A DNA stretch of 57,287 nucleotides, taken from positions 1 through 57,287 of IMG/VR virus record IMGVR_UViG_3300044724_002038; one strand, written 5' to 3'. The notes beneath the pieces are model-generated. The model made no database searches, had not been told where the DNA came from, and worked only from the letters and a program-made list of their open reading frames with translations. The position numbers were made by a program, and so were the translations under genes. Below are positions 1 through 7,957 of the stretch, piece after piece; position 1 is the stretch's first letter; every line of letters starts with the position of its first letter. This stretch comes from a virus (lineage: Duplodnaviria > Caudoviricetes).

Positions 1-502
1 TCTTATAGTCCTTGCCATTAATCTTGGTGTCAGAATTAAACTCATACAGACCCCAGGTATGAAAGACCTCAGAGTTGTTGTTCTTGATTGTGATTGTAAT
101 CACTTCATGTCTAGCTTCAGAAGGTTGAGGGAACCCATCATCAGAAGCGACCTCAATATCAACAGTAACGATGTTCAATAGCGACTTATCAAACTTAATG
201 TCACCTTGAAAGTTTTGTTGGATAAACTGATGTACATAATTAGTTGTACCATAGATGTCAAAGTTTGCAACATCATCATACTTCTCAATGAACTCTCGAC
301 AGTCTCTCATCGTTCCAGGTTGGATCGCTCCAACAGGACGACCACTCAGAGTAAGCCACTTATCTTTTTGCTCAGCAGCCTTCTTACCAGGAATGTAGAA
401 AGTAGGATAGAACTTTTCTTTGAAAGAGATTTGCTTACCAGTGGAGTCATAACCACGAACAAGTATATTGTTGCCATACCGATCAATATTAGAATAAAAC
501 AT
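1..502 (-). CDS. gp43: DNA polymerase gp43 (family B), N-terminal part; runs off window
   Basis: Not in ORF track; manual translation from ATG at 502: MFYSNIDRYGNNILVRGYDSTGKQISFKEKFYPTFYI...NIVTVDIEVASDDGFPQPSEA; DIEV ExoI motif; SD AAGGA; position downstream of regA/hsp20. Confidence 0.95.
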   Translation of the reverse strand, partial: MFYSNIDRYGNNILVRGYDSTGKQISFKEKFYPTFYIPGKKAAEQKDKWLTLSGRPVGAIQPGTMRDCREFIEKYDDVANFDIYGTTNYVHQFIQQNFQGDIKFDKSLLNIVTVDIEVASDDGFPQPSEARHEVITITIKNNNSEVFHTWGLYEFNSDTKINGKDYK

Positions 503-522
503 TACAATCCTTATATAAAGTA

Positions 523-548
523 AGGGGGAGTAGTTTCCCACTCCCCCT
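523..548 (-). promoter_or_regulatory. GC-rich hairpin with GAAA tetraloop in gp43 leader (operator or terminator)
   Basis: Minus strand AGGGGGAGTGG-GAAA-CTACTCCCCCT followed by TACTTTATAT, between promoter and SD. Confidence 0.7.
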
Positions 549-549
549 C

Positions 550-578
550 ATAATAGTACATCTTAGATTAGATGTCAA
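550..578 (-). promoter_or_regulatory. sigma70-type promoter for gp43
   Basis: TTGACA-17 nt-TATTAT on minus strand. Confidence 0.8.
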
Positions 579-682
579 TGGAAAAGTTTGTGTGCAATTA
601 CAGAAATTGTAGTTACAGCAAAAAACATTCCAAACACACCTAAAAAGAAAATGCTGTCTGGTGATTGTGTTAGGTAATCCAT
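575..682 (-). CDS. 35-aa single-TM membrane peptide
   Basis: Manual: MDYLTQSPDSIFFLGVFGMFFAVTTISVIAHKLFH; TAATG coupling to upstream ORF. Confidence 0.55.
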   Translation of the reverse strand: MDYLTQSPDSIFFLGVFGMFFAVTTISVIAHKLFH

Positions 683-861
683 TATAGATAACCTCTCTTT
701 AGAGCAACATTAACTCTATAGTGTTGAATACGCTCGATCTCTTTAATTTTAGATTCTAGATCGGCAACATCAACAGCTTGAGAAAGGTATTCGAATTCGT
801 TGTCGAATTCATGACTGATAGGTTTATTAAACCAATCAACGATTGCTTTCAGTAGTTTCAT
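682..861 (-). CDS. 59-aa small protein, DUF3563-like
   Basis: Manual: MKLLKAIVDWFNKP...EYLSQAVDVADLESKIKEIER; GAGGAG SD; overlaps hsp20 3' end. Confidence 0.7.
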   Translation of the reverse strand: MKLLKAIVDWFNKPISHEFDNEFEYLSQAVDVADLESKIKEIERIQHYRVNVALKRGYL

Positions 862-1306
862 TTGAAGTGGTCTCCTCTTTAATATCCATTTTGTGTGGCT
901 TTTTGTTGTCGGGAATGATGTTTTCTAGGAAGACTTTTAACATTCCGTTGACGAGAGAGGCATCCTTAACTTCAATTGTATCTGCTAGGTTAAATGTGCG
1001 AGAGAATGCCCGATTGGCAATCCCTTTATACAAGAAACTATCTTCTTCATTGACAGAAGCAGAGTTACCAGTAATCTTTAGGGTGTCTCCATCGATTTCA
1101 ATTTCGATGTCAGACTTTGAAAATCCAGCGACAGCGATTTCCACGGTGTATTTGTTTTCGTCTACCTTACGAATATTGTATGGTGGGAAATTAGGAATAG
1201 CTTTTGCAAAGCTCGTATCTTCGGCATGCTTGAGCATCTGGTCATAGACCCGATCCAAACCGACGAACATTGGAAAATCTGTTAAATTGAACATATGTTT
1301 AGTCAT
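836..1306 (-). CDS. hsp20: Small heat-shock protein Hsp20 (IbpA-like)
   Basis: FPPYNI, IAVAGF, YKGIANRAFSRTFNLA, ASLVNGML motifs; start moved to ATG 1306 behind AGGAGG. Confidence 0.95.
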   Translation of the reverse strand: MTKHMFNLTDFPMFVGLDRVYDQMLKHAEDTSFAKAIPNFPPYNIRKVDENKYTVEIAVAGFSKSDIEIEIDGDTLKITGNSASVNEEDSFLYKGIANRAFSRTFNLADTIEVKDASLVNGMLKVFLENIIPDNKKPHKMDIKEETTSNETTESNR

Positions 1307-1396
1307 TGCTTTTACCTCCTGTGTAAGCAAGGTTAGTAGTATTTGACACCCATAAGGCGTGCCATAAAAGTGAACAAAGAATCTCTCTTTGCTCAC
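1307..1396 (-). ncRNA. ROSE-like RNA thermometer (3-hairpin 5' UTR of hsp20)
   Basis: Last hairpin CCTTGCT-TACAC-AGGAGG pairs UUGCU with the SD with a bulged G; two upstream hairpins. Confidence 0.75.
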
Positions 1397-1399
1397 TAT

Positions 1400-1407
1400 T
1401 ATTTAGA
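1400..1407 (-). promoter_or_regulatory. Probable late promoter variant for hsp20
   Basis: TCTAAATA just upstream of first UTR hairpin. Confidence 0.5.
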
Positions 1408-1468
1408 CTAATTTAGAGTAATTTTATTACCCTAATTTTGAACATCAGCTATCTACTAATTCGATAGC

Positions 1469-1933
1469 TCAGTTTGAGTTGCAGACAACATAGTTGTTTT
1501 GCACACGACAGCCATAGTTAGATCCGTATCCACCACGACTACCTTGGTTCAGGAACACATTACTGCCAGAACCTGATCGACCACTACTGTGCATATCATC
1601 GATCCGCTGACCATTCATATCGATACGATAACCGTTTTGATCAATCCGTTGACCGTTACGGTGAATGTTCATTGTGTTACCGTTGATAGCAGTACGGTTC
1701 TGATAAGGTAAGGCAACAAATTGACCAGCCTTATAACCACCAACACCTCCTAACAGAGAGCCAGCAATCGTAGCAATGGTTTTGCCTTGACCTTTACCGA
1801 ACTGATTACCGAGAAGACCACCACCAGCACCACCAAGAACAGTACCAGCCATTGGAGCGATAGTGGCAATATTACAAGCACCGAGAGACAAAGCGATTGC
1901 ACTCACGGCAAGGATTTTCACATGATTACGCAT
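1469..1933 (-). CDS. Glycine-zipper lipoprotein (17-kDa surface antigen-like)
   Basis: Signal peptide with lipobox LSLGA-C; GxxxG zipper GTVLGGAGGGLLGNQFGKGQGKTIATIAGSLLGG; NGxRIDx repeats. Confidence 0.85.
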   Translation of the reverse strand: MRNHVKILAVSAIALSLGACNIATIAPMAGTVLGGAGGGLLGNQFGKGQGKTIATIAGSLLGGVGGYKAGQFVALPYQNRTAINGNTMNIHRNGQRIDQNGYRIDMNGQRIDDMHSSGRSGSGSNVFLNQGSRGGYGSNYGCRVQNNYVVCNSN

Positions 1934-1967
1934 TACAAGTTCCTTTCATTTCTCATCATCTGTATAT

Positions 1968-1996
1968 AATATAGTGTATCATGCACCATATGTCAA
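1968..1996 (-). promoter_or_regulatory. sigma70-type promoter for lipoprotein
   Basis: TTGACA-17-TATATT. Confidence 0.75.
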
Positions 1997-2008
1997 CAGC
2001 TTTTTTAA

Positions 2009-2251
2009 TTAAAAATACTTTTTTAGCATCTCTAATTTATCGTCATACTCAGCCATGATCTCCAGCTCCTTCTCAATCGTATCCATGATATCAGGATGCT
2101 CTGCCAGACCGACAGTATGACGCAGAAGTACTTCGATGTTTGCGCGATGCTTCTGAATATGTGCATTAAAGTGTGCTTCACTTGCTTCTAAGAGCATAGA
2201 ACGTGTGCGATATTCAGTTGCTTTATCTTCACCAGTTACATCACCATACAT
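2009..2251 (-). CDS. Conserved T4-like phage hypothetical protein
   Basis: KHRANIEVLL..VGLAEHPDIMDTIEKEL...Y pattern; coupled to regA stop. Confidence 0.75.
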   Translation of the reverse strand: MYGDVTGEDKATEYRTRSMLLEASEAHFNAHIQKHRANIEVLLRHTVGLAEHPDIMDTIEKELEIMAEYDDKLEMLKKYF

Positions 2252-2652
2252 TACTTTTTCCTTCCAATACTATATTTTGCTACAAGTTCCCAATCGTTCT
2301 TTTCTTTATAAGGTAGAATTTTGATTTGATTCAACGGTGCTACAGGCTCTGCTGTCTTTGTTGAATCGACCAGAGTAACCAGATCCCACTGCTCTAATAG
2401 ATTAGCAATAGTGTTACGTCTAGCAATGTCTGCTTCATTCTCGTTGAAGTCAGAGGGTTTGCCATCAAGCGCAAAGAGTTCTTTGAAGTGAACAATGAAG
2501 TACCGACCCTGCTTGTGTAGAATGTGACAGGATTGATATAACTTGTGATCTTTGCGAGAGGCAACGCCAATACGGGTCAGCGTTTCTTTTACTTTGAGGA
2601 AGTCATCTTCGTTTTTCAGATGCACTTCAATCATTGTTGTTAAATCAGTCAT
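2251..2652 (-). CDS. regA: Translational repressor RegA
   Basis: DFLKVKETLTRIGVASRK, LYQSCHILHKQGRYFIVHFKELFALDG. Confidence 0.97.
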   Translation of the reverse strand: MTDLTTMIEVHLKNEDDFLKVKETLTRIGVASRKDHKLYQSCHILHKQGRYFIVHFKELFALDGKPSDFNENEADIARRNTIANLLEQWDLVTLVDSTKTAEPVAPLNQIKILPYKEKNDWELVAKYSIGRKK

Positions 2653-3044
2653 TTCATACCACCTTTACTCATTTTTTCTTTTATTGATACCAATTGCTCA
2701 TCACCAAGAATTTTGAGTGCTTCCTTTGCTTTTTTGACTGAATAACCATAATAGTCAATGACTGCTTGTAAGTCCTCATCATCAGTGGCTTTATGCCATT
2801 TAGAGAAACGCTTCCGCTTCCGGACAATATTTAGTAGAAACGAATATTGCATAATATTGTCTAGATCACTGTGCATATTCATTAGATTGGCATACTGAAC
2901 TGTATCGGGAAAGTATGAAAGTGACTTGTTAGTTAGATAGGGGTTATACGTCCTCTCTGCTAGTTCTGGATTGTCAGAGTTGGTGATGATATCCTTCTTA
3001 CCAAGATTGATATCGGTTACGAAGTCAAACGGATTCATGACCAC
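2649..3044 (-). CDS. gp62: Clamp loader small subunit gp62
   Basis: YNPYLTNKSLS, RKRKRFSKW, YYGYS..KAKEAL; between gp44 and regA. Confidence 0.93.
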   Translation of the reverse strand: MVMNPFDFVTDINLGKKDIITNSDNPELAERTYNPYLTNKSLSYFPDTVQYANLMNMHSDLDNIMQYSFLLNIVRKRKRFSKWHKATDDEDLQAVIDYYGYSVKKAKEALKILGDEQLVSIKEKMSKGGMK

Positions 3045-3970
3045 TCACAGTCTGTCATCAGTTCGACTAGGCATGCCACATTGTTAATCTCATGGTCAAC
3101 CACAAACGCTGCCTGATATTGATACTTAGCAAGGATGAGAACCATCTGAGCAATGCTCGCTGGCTTCATATTCTTACTAGCATGGTTGTAGAGGTTGCGA
3201 TACAGAGTAGCAGTTTCAATATCACTGTTGTCTACAACCCACTTACGAATGCCAGTGAAGTCTTGACTGCCGATCATCTTTACCAAAGAGTCAAATGACT
3301 CATCACTCATGTTAGTAAGGATACCAACATCAATACTACCAGTGACAGAGTACCGCTGCAACTCATTTAGAATGCGCCGCCAGTCTGGCATGTGCTTCAT
3401 CATCAACTCAGCAATAACTTTCTGGTCGTACTTGATACCCTTCATCTTTAGGATATTTTCAATACGCTTCATAAACTGAGGTGCAAGACCAGCTAGTTCT
3501 TTCTTACTGATGTTGAACTCAACAACCGAACACCGACTATGTAGTGGTTCAATGATACGGTTCTTGAAGTTGCAAGTCAAGATAAAACCACAGTTGTTAG
3601 AAAACTCTTCCATAAAGTTACGAAGAGCAGGTTGTGTAGACTGTGGATTTAGATAGTCTGCCTCATCAAGAATCACATATTTACGCTTACCGTTGAATGA
3701 TACTGTAGAGGCAAACTGTTGGATCTCAGTTCGAAGAGTATCAATATTACCCTTCATAGAACCGTTAATAACTAGATAATCAAGATCCAATTGAGTCAGA
3801 AGTGCCCTGGCAACGGTTGTCTTACCGATACCAGGACCACCACTGAGAAGGAGATTAGGAATCTCTCCTTGATCCACAAACGCTTGAAATACATCTTTCA
3901 GGTGTTGTGGTAGGACACATTCCTTAATTGAAGGGGGACGATATTTCTCGACCCATAGATATTCTGACAT
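3035..3970 (-). CDS. gp44: Clamp loader AAA+ subunit gp44
   Basis: LWVEKYRP, GPGIGKTT, DEAD, SRC motifs. Confidence 0.97.
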   Translation of the reverse strand: MSEYLWVEKYRPPSIKECVLPQHLKDVFQAFVDQGEIPNLLLSGGPGIGKTTVARALLTQLDLDYLVINGSMKGNIDTLRTEIQQFASTVSFNGKRKYVILDEADYLNPQSTQPALRNFMEEFSNNCGFILTCNFKNRIIEPLHSRCSVVEFNISKKELAGLAPQFMKRIENILKMKGIKYDQKVIAELMMKHMPDWRRILNELQRYSVTGSIDVGILTNMSDESFDSLVKMIGSQDFTGIRKWVVDNSDIETATLYRNLYNHASKNMKPASIAQMVLILAKYQYQAAFVVDHEINNVACLVELMTDCEWS

Positions 3971-3987
3971 AACAAACCTTTCAACAT

Positions 3988-4203
3988 TTAATCACGACCA
4001 CGATGTTTAGTAGAAACTATATCACCGGTATGGTCAATTTCAATCACTTTACTGTTTATCTGATAACCATGGTGATTAAGTAAAGCGACAAAATCTTTCA
4101 TTAATTTTGTCCACTCAATCTCCCCTGGATAAGAACGATGTACGTCTGTTGCATCTCCATATTGAGAGATAGAAGCAGTTAGGATTATCCTATCATCATC
4201 CAT
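3988..4203 (-). CDS. Hypothetical protein
   Basis: 71-aa ORF tightly packed between gp45 and gp44. Confidence 0.65.
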   Translation of the reverse strand: MDDDRIILTASISQYGDATDVHRSYPGEIEWTKLMKDFVALLNHHGYQINSKVIEIDHTGDIVSTKHRGRD

Positions 4204-4205
4204 TA

Positions 4206-4874
4206 TCAGCTCCGAGATTCTGTTGCCACATAGTAAGTTACACGACCATCAGCAGTCGAGAACTTCGAGATACCTTTACTAGAAATCTCAACATTATATT
4301 CTAACACCATCATCTTCATGTTGTCAACCTTAAAAACATGAGTGAAGTTATCTTGCGTAGTACCAACCTTCTTGCTGAAAGAGTTCATCGAACTGTTCTT
4401 AGAGTCTCCAGCGCTGATAGTAATAACATTATCTTCACCCTTAACAATGATCTCAGGAACACCTAGGACACGAGCAGCCTGTAGAACATCCTTGAGAACA
4501 GCATCAGATAAAGTAAATGATGCATTCACATCTGGAAGTGTCAATGCCTTATCAGGAGGCGTGACGATCATTGATGCGTCTGCATAACGGTAATCTAAAG
4601 ACGTTCCGTTACCATCACTAATCGTCATACCATTCTCACCAAGATCAAGATCTGGATCTTCAATCAAAGACAGAGCAGACAAAAACTGACTCAAATCATA
4701 GATACCAAAATCCTGTGAGAACAAATCACCAACCCGTACCTCTGCTAGAACAGTCTTTTGTGGAGATACTGTACGAAGAGTAGTCCCCTCCTTGAATAGA
4801 AGGGACTGGTTAATAGAAGAGAAGTTCTGTAGAACCTCTACGGTTTGTTCTGATAGTTTCATCATATTCTCCAT
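4206..4874 (-). CDS. gp45: Sliding clamp gp45
   Basis: MKLSEQTVEVLQNFSSINQS, FGIYDLSQFL, YYVATE. Confidence 0.95.
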   Translation of the reverse strand: MENMMKLSEQTVEVLQNFSSINQSLLFKEGTTLRTVSPQKTVLAEVRVGDLFSQDFGIYDLSQFLSALSLIEDPDLDLGENGMTISDGNGTSLDYRYADASMIVTPPDKALTLPDVNASFTLSDAVLKDVLQAARVLGVPEIIVKGEDNVITISAGDSKNSSMNSFSKKVGTTQDNFTHVFKVDNMKMMVLEYNVEISSKGISKFSTADGRVTYYVATESRS

Positions 4875-5719
4875 TACTTCTTACTACCAAGCTCTACAGC
4901 ATCAGCTGTTGCTGAAACGCCAACAGAAGCAAGTGCAGCCAAGTCACCACCAAATACATACATGCCCATATGATGTAGACGCATCCAAGGACACATCCAA
5001 ACCTTAATACCAAGATCACGAGCCCATTGACAGAACATATAATCTTCTGATAGATAGCGATTAGACTTAGGATCAATCACAGTATCAAAGTATGCGTGAA
5101 TCTGACGTGAGCCGTCAAAGTTAGCTGTACGCACATGGTCTGGTGTATAAAGCAATTCAGGATGGGCATTACCAAACTTCTCAAACACTGGTTTCTGAAT
5201 CATCATGAAGCCAGTACCACCTTCTAGCACTTCGACGGGTTCGTTGATACGAATCTCAGTTGTGCCAGGTACAGGATTAAACACAAAGTCTCCTACATAG
5301 TTCTCGAGAACACTGGGATTCTGATCAGCAACACCCTTATCAACTGCTCGCTTGATCTTCTCCCAAGCAATAGTCTTCTTAGGATAAGCACCACAAACAA
5401 TATCTTTGTCGCTGTTTGGATCAGCAATCGCAGCAAGTGTAAGGACATCTTGAGCATCGAATCCAATATCAGAGTCAATGAACATTAGATGAGTATAGTG
5501 GCTCCTCATAAACTCATCAACCAAATAGTTACGAGCTCGTGTGATTAGTGACTCATTGAATAGATAAGCAAAGCCAATATCAACTCCATACTTCGCTGCT
5601 GCCTGTCCAAGATCAATGGAAGACTTAGTGTATTGTCCTCCACACTGTCCACCATACATCGGTGTTGCAACCATAATCTTACGTGATTGCAGTTCTTCCA
5701 TTGTAATTTCAACTTCCAT
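4874..5719 (-). CDS. GT-A fold glycosyltransferase-like protein
   Basis: VATPMYGG, ESLITRARN, FIDSDI (DxD), GTGFMMI, YLSEDYMFC. Confidence 0.8.
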   Translation of the reverse strand: MEVEITMEELQSRKIMVATPMYGGQCGGQYTKSSIDLGQAAAKYGVDIGFAYLFNESLITRARNYLVDEFMRSHYTHLMFIDSDIGFDAQDVLTLAAIADPNSDKDIVCGAYPKKTIAWEKIKRAVDKGVADQNPSVLENYVGDFVFNPVPGTTEIRINEPVEVLEGGTGFMMIQKPVFEKFGNAHPELLYTPDHVRTANFDGSRQIHAYFDTVIDPKSNRYLSEDYMFCQWARDLGIKVWMCPWMRLHHMGMYVFGGDLAALASVGVSATADAVELGSKK

Positions 5720-6228
5720 TATTCTACTCCATATTTTTTATCATGATCTTTACCAAGCCCATATGAGCCATCATACATCTTCAATGTTTCTGCTTTGAAA
5801 CATAAGAACTGTCCAACACGTGTACCTTTCTTGATTCTAAGTGGACCACAACGCACATGCAATGCACCAGCCATAACGCCATGATAACCAGAATCATATA
5901 GTCCTGAAGTAAGAAATATACCATTGCGATTGAGTGTTGATCGAGTGATTACCCAACCAGCCTCCTCTTCACCAACTTCAATAATATTCTGCATAGTTAC
6001 CTCATAGGTTCCTGGATGTAGTATCCAATAACCATCTTCAGAAGGACGTAGTTCATTTGTCCCTCTGTGCTTCTTTTGTTCCTCATCAATAATAAACAAA
6101 TCATCTTTGATCGCAAAGACTTTATCCAAACGCAGATCAATAGCGTTTGGTTGAATATCTGCTTCCTGTACTTTTGATAGTGAGGTTTTAGTTGAGGGAC
6201 TGTTGACGTGAATCATCATTAATACCAT
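5719..6228 (-). CDS. dUTPase/dCTP deaminase-fold protein
   Basis: QPNAIDLRL, RSTLNRNG, YDSGYHG, RVGQF; Ala where Dcd has its catalytic Glu. Confidence 0.85.
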   Translation of the reverse strand: MVLMMIHVNSPSTKTSLSKVQEADIQPNAIDLRLDKVFAIKDDLFIIDEEQKKHRGTNELRPSEDGYWILHPGTYEVTMQNIIEVGEEEAGWVITRSTLNRNGIFLTSGLYDSGYHGVMAGALHVRCGPLRIKKGTRVGQFLCFKAETLKMYDGSYGLGKDHDKKYGVE

Positions 6229-6493
6229 TCTCCTTATCCAAGGAGTACATCATAAGAATAATATAATGTACTGCTTTCAACAAATCTTTCTTATTCTTGC
6301 CACCCTTCTTACCGAAGCGAGCAAGATACTTAATAGCAGTATCCCGAGATGTAGTTTCCAAACTACCCAGTGACTCCCAGAAGTCTACAGTCTGGATTTC
6401 TTTGTTACCAACATAATGTTGGCCATACGTACTATCAATATACTCCTCAATCAGAGCCATATTGATGTCTTCTCTGTAATTATATTTACTCAC
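6188..6493 (-). CDS. DUF3310-like protein (T7 gp1.7 nucleotide-kinase family)
   Basis: TYGQHY, IQTVDF, AIKYLARFGKKGG, DLLKAVHY. Confidence 0.7.
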   Translation of the reverse strand: MSKYNYREDINMALIEEYIDSTYGQHYVGNKEIQTVDFWESLGSLETTSRDTAIKYLARFGKKGGKNKKDLLKAVHYIILMMYSLDKENGINDDSRQQSLN

Positions 6494-7308
6494 TTACACA
6501 TTCCTTCAATCACAGCAATGTTACAATTAACAAGGTCATGCTTATCAATATCTGATGTATGGTAGGAAAAGTCAACTTCTTTTTCAAACTTACCGTTGAT
6601 CAAACCTGTAGGTGAGGAATCAAACGAGATGTTATTGAGACCAGCCCACACAGCAGCGCTACTGTCCCATGTATCAATCTTGAAATCTTTGCATAGCTCA
6701 ATCTCATTGGGTCCATCTACCATTCCCAAGAAATGAATATGCTGATCGCCAGTGATCTTGAAGTTGATACCTCTATCCTCAAGCTCCTGCATGAATCGCC
6801 AACGAGATAAGAATCGTTGAAGCTTGTTATCCTTCTCAACACCATAAGCATTAGGCACTGCAAGAATGGAAACACCAATATAATCAACCAAGTCAGGATT
6901 ATTGAATGCCCACTCAAATGAAGCAATCAACCCTTCTAGGTCACCGATCTCACTCTGTGGAACAAAGAATGTACCAAAGCCAGCATCCTTAAATGTAGGT
7001 GCTAACTCCTTAGCTGCATCGATTGTCTTGGAATAATGTTCGGAAGGATAATCGGACATAACAACATACTTAGCACCAACTCTCCATCCCATATCGATTA
7101 ACTTGTCAGATGGATACATCTCTCTACCCTGCTTATACATTTCGAAAGCAGAGTTATCTAAGATCTTCATAGAATCCTTATTTGCATAGAATTCTGTGTA
7201 TTCTTCACTTTCCTCAACCAAATGCGCAAGTAGCAGATCGTGTGACTGATCTGCTACAAAGTCGCTCATATGAGGTATAGGTGTAATGTGACAAAAGTCA
7301 ATTGCCAT
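6490..7308 (-). CDS. TGT-fold 7-deazaguanine insertion enzyme (DpdA-like, probably DpdA3-type)
   Basis: TGT-like motifs ILDNSAFE, VMSDYP, HIHFLG, DTWDSS; no Zn-binding Cys cluster; context with folE/queD/queE; start at MAIDF behind GGAG. Confidence 0.7.
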   Translation of the reverse strand: MAIDFCHITPIPHMSDFVADQSHDLLLAHLVEESEEYTEFYANKDSMKILDNSAFEMYKQGREMYPSDKLIDMGWRVGAKYVVMSDYPSEHYSKTIDAAKELAPTFKDAGFGTFFVPQSEIGDLEGLIASFEWAFNNPDLVDYIGVSILAVPNAYGVEKDNKLQRFLSRWRFMQELEDRGINFKITGDQHIHFLGMVDGPNEIELCKDFKIDTWDSSAAVWAGLNNISFDSSPTGLINGKFEKEVDFSYHTSDIDKHDLVNCNIAVIEGMCK

Positions 7309-7344
7309 AACAAACTCCAATCAAAATAATATAGTAAGTAGGAT

Positions 7345-7590
7345 TTAACCTACTGATTTAACGTCGGGTAGTGGAACCATAATCATCTCTGTACCCATCT
7401 CTGCTTTAACAAAAGAACGACCACCTCTGTTAGCCATTCCTTTATACTGACCAGTAACACTTTTACCAGTCTTAGCATGAGTGAATGTAACTTTAACATC
7501 ACCACCCTTACGCTTGGCTTTAGCTACAGCACTTTTAATCTTCTTAGCATCCATTGCTTCGTTGATTTGAAAGTTCTTGAAAGATTCCAT
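7345..7590 (-). CDS. Putative internal head protein with capsid-targeting propeptide
   Basis: MESFKNFQINEA resembles T4 IP targeting sequence MKTYQEFIAE; Lys-rich mature part; GATAAATA at 7668-7675. Confidence 0.6.
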   Translation of the reverse strand: MESFKNFQINEAMDAKKIKSAVAKAKRKGGDVKVTFTHAKTGKSVTGQYKGMANRGGRSFVKAEMGTEMIMVPLPDVKSVG

Positions 7591-7594
7591 TGTT

Positions 7595-7957
7595 CTACTT
7601 CCTGTATCTACTAGTTGCTCCGTTCTCACCGTCTTCACTGACTGTAATGGTGAGATCTCTTCCAGGGTATTTATCAATTATATATCCTGCCAAGTCATCA
7701 CAAATCATCTCACAGGACTTATAATCTAACTGCATTGTACCTTGTTGAAACAAACTTTCCAACTCTCTTTTGAACAAAATAAATTCAATATCACGATCAT
7801 CGTGAACGACTTCAATTTCAACAGTAAAGTGAAAGATGTGTCTATGAGGATACCCAAGAAATGATACATCAGCTAACTCAGGTTTTTCAAGAGCAGCAGG
7901 ATACTTATGCATACCCTCACGCTGAAATGTCACCCAGATTGTTTTTGTTACATCCAT
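7595..7957 (-). CDS. dpdL: QueD paralog, DpdL-like (candidate CDG decarboxylase)
   Basis: T-fold with LGYPHRHIF (LxxxHRHxF), SCEMI, VSEDGENG; second QueD-like gene in cluster. Confidence 0.75.
   Translation of the reverse strand: MDVTKTIWVTFQREGMHKYPAALEKPELADVSFLGYPHRHIFHFTVEIEVVHDDRDIEFILFKRELESLFQQGTMQLDYKSCEMICDDLAGYIIDKYPGRDLTITVSEDGENGATSRYRK

Noticed and set aside
206-523. 105-aa plus-strand ORF
   Set aside because: Antisense shadow of gp43, which the ORF track missed because it runs off the window
1307-1396. 30-aa N-terminal extension of Hsp20 in ORF track
   Set aside because: Strong SD precedes ATG 1306; the extension is the structured leader
1408-1470. Weak AT-rich inverted repeats after the lipoprotein gene
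   Set aside because: No clear U-tract or strong stem; could be chance
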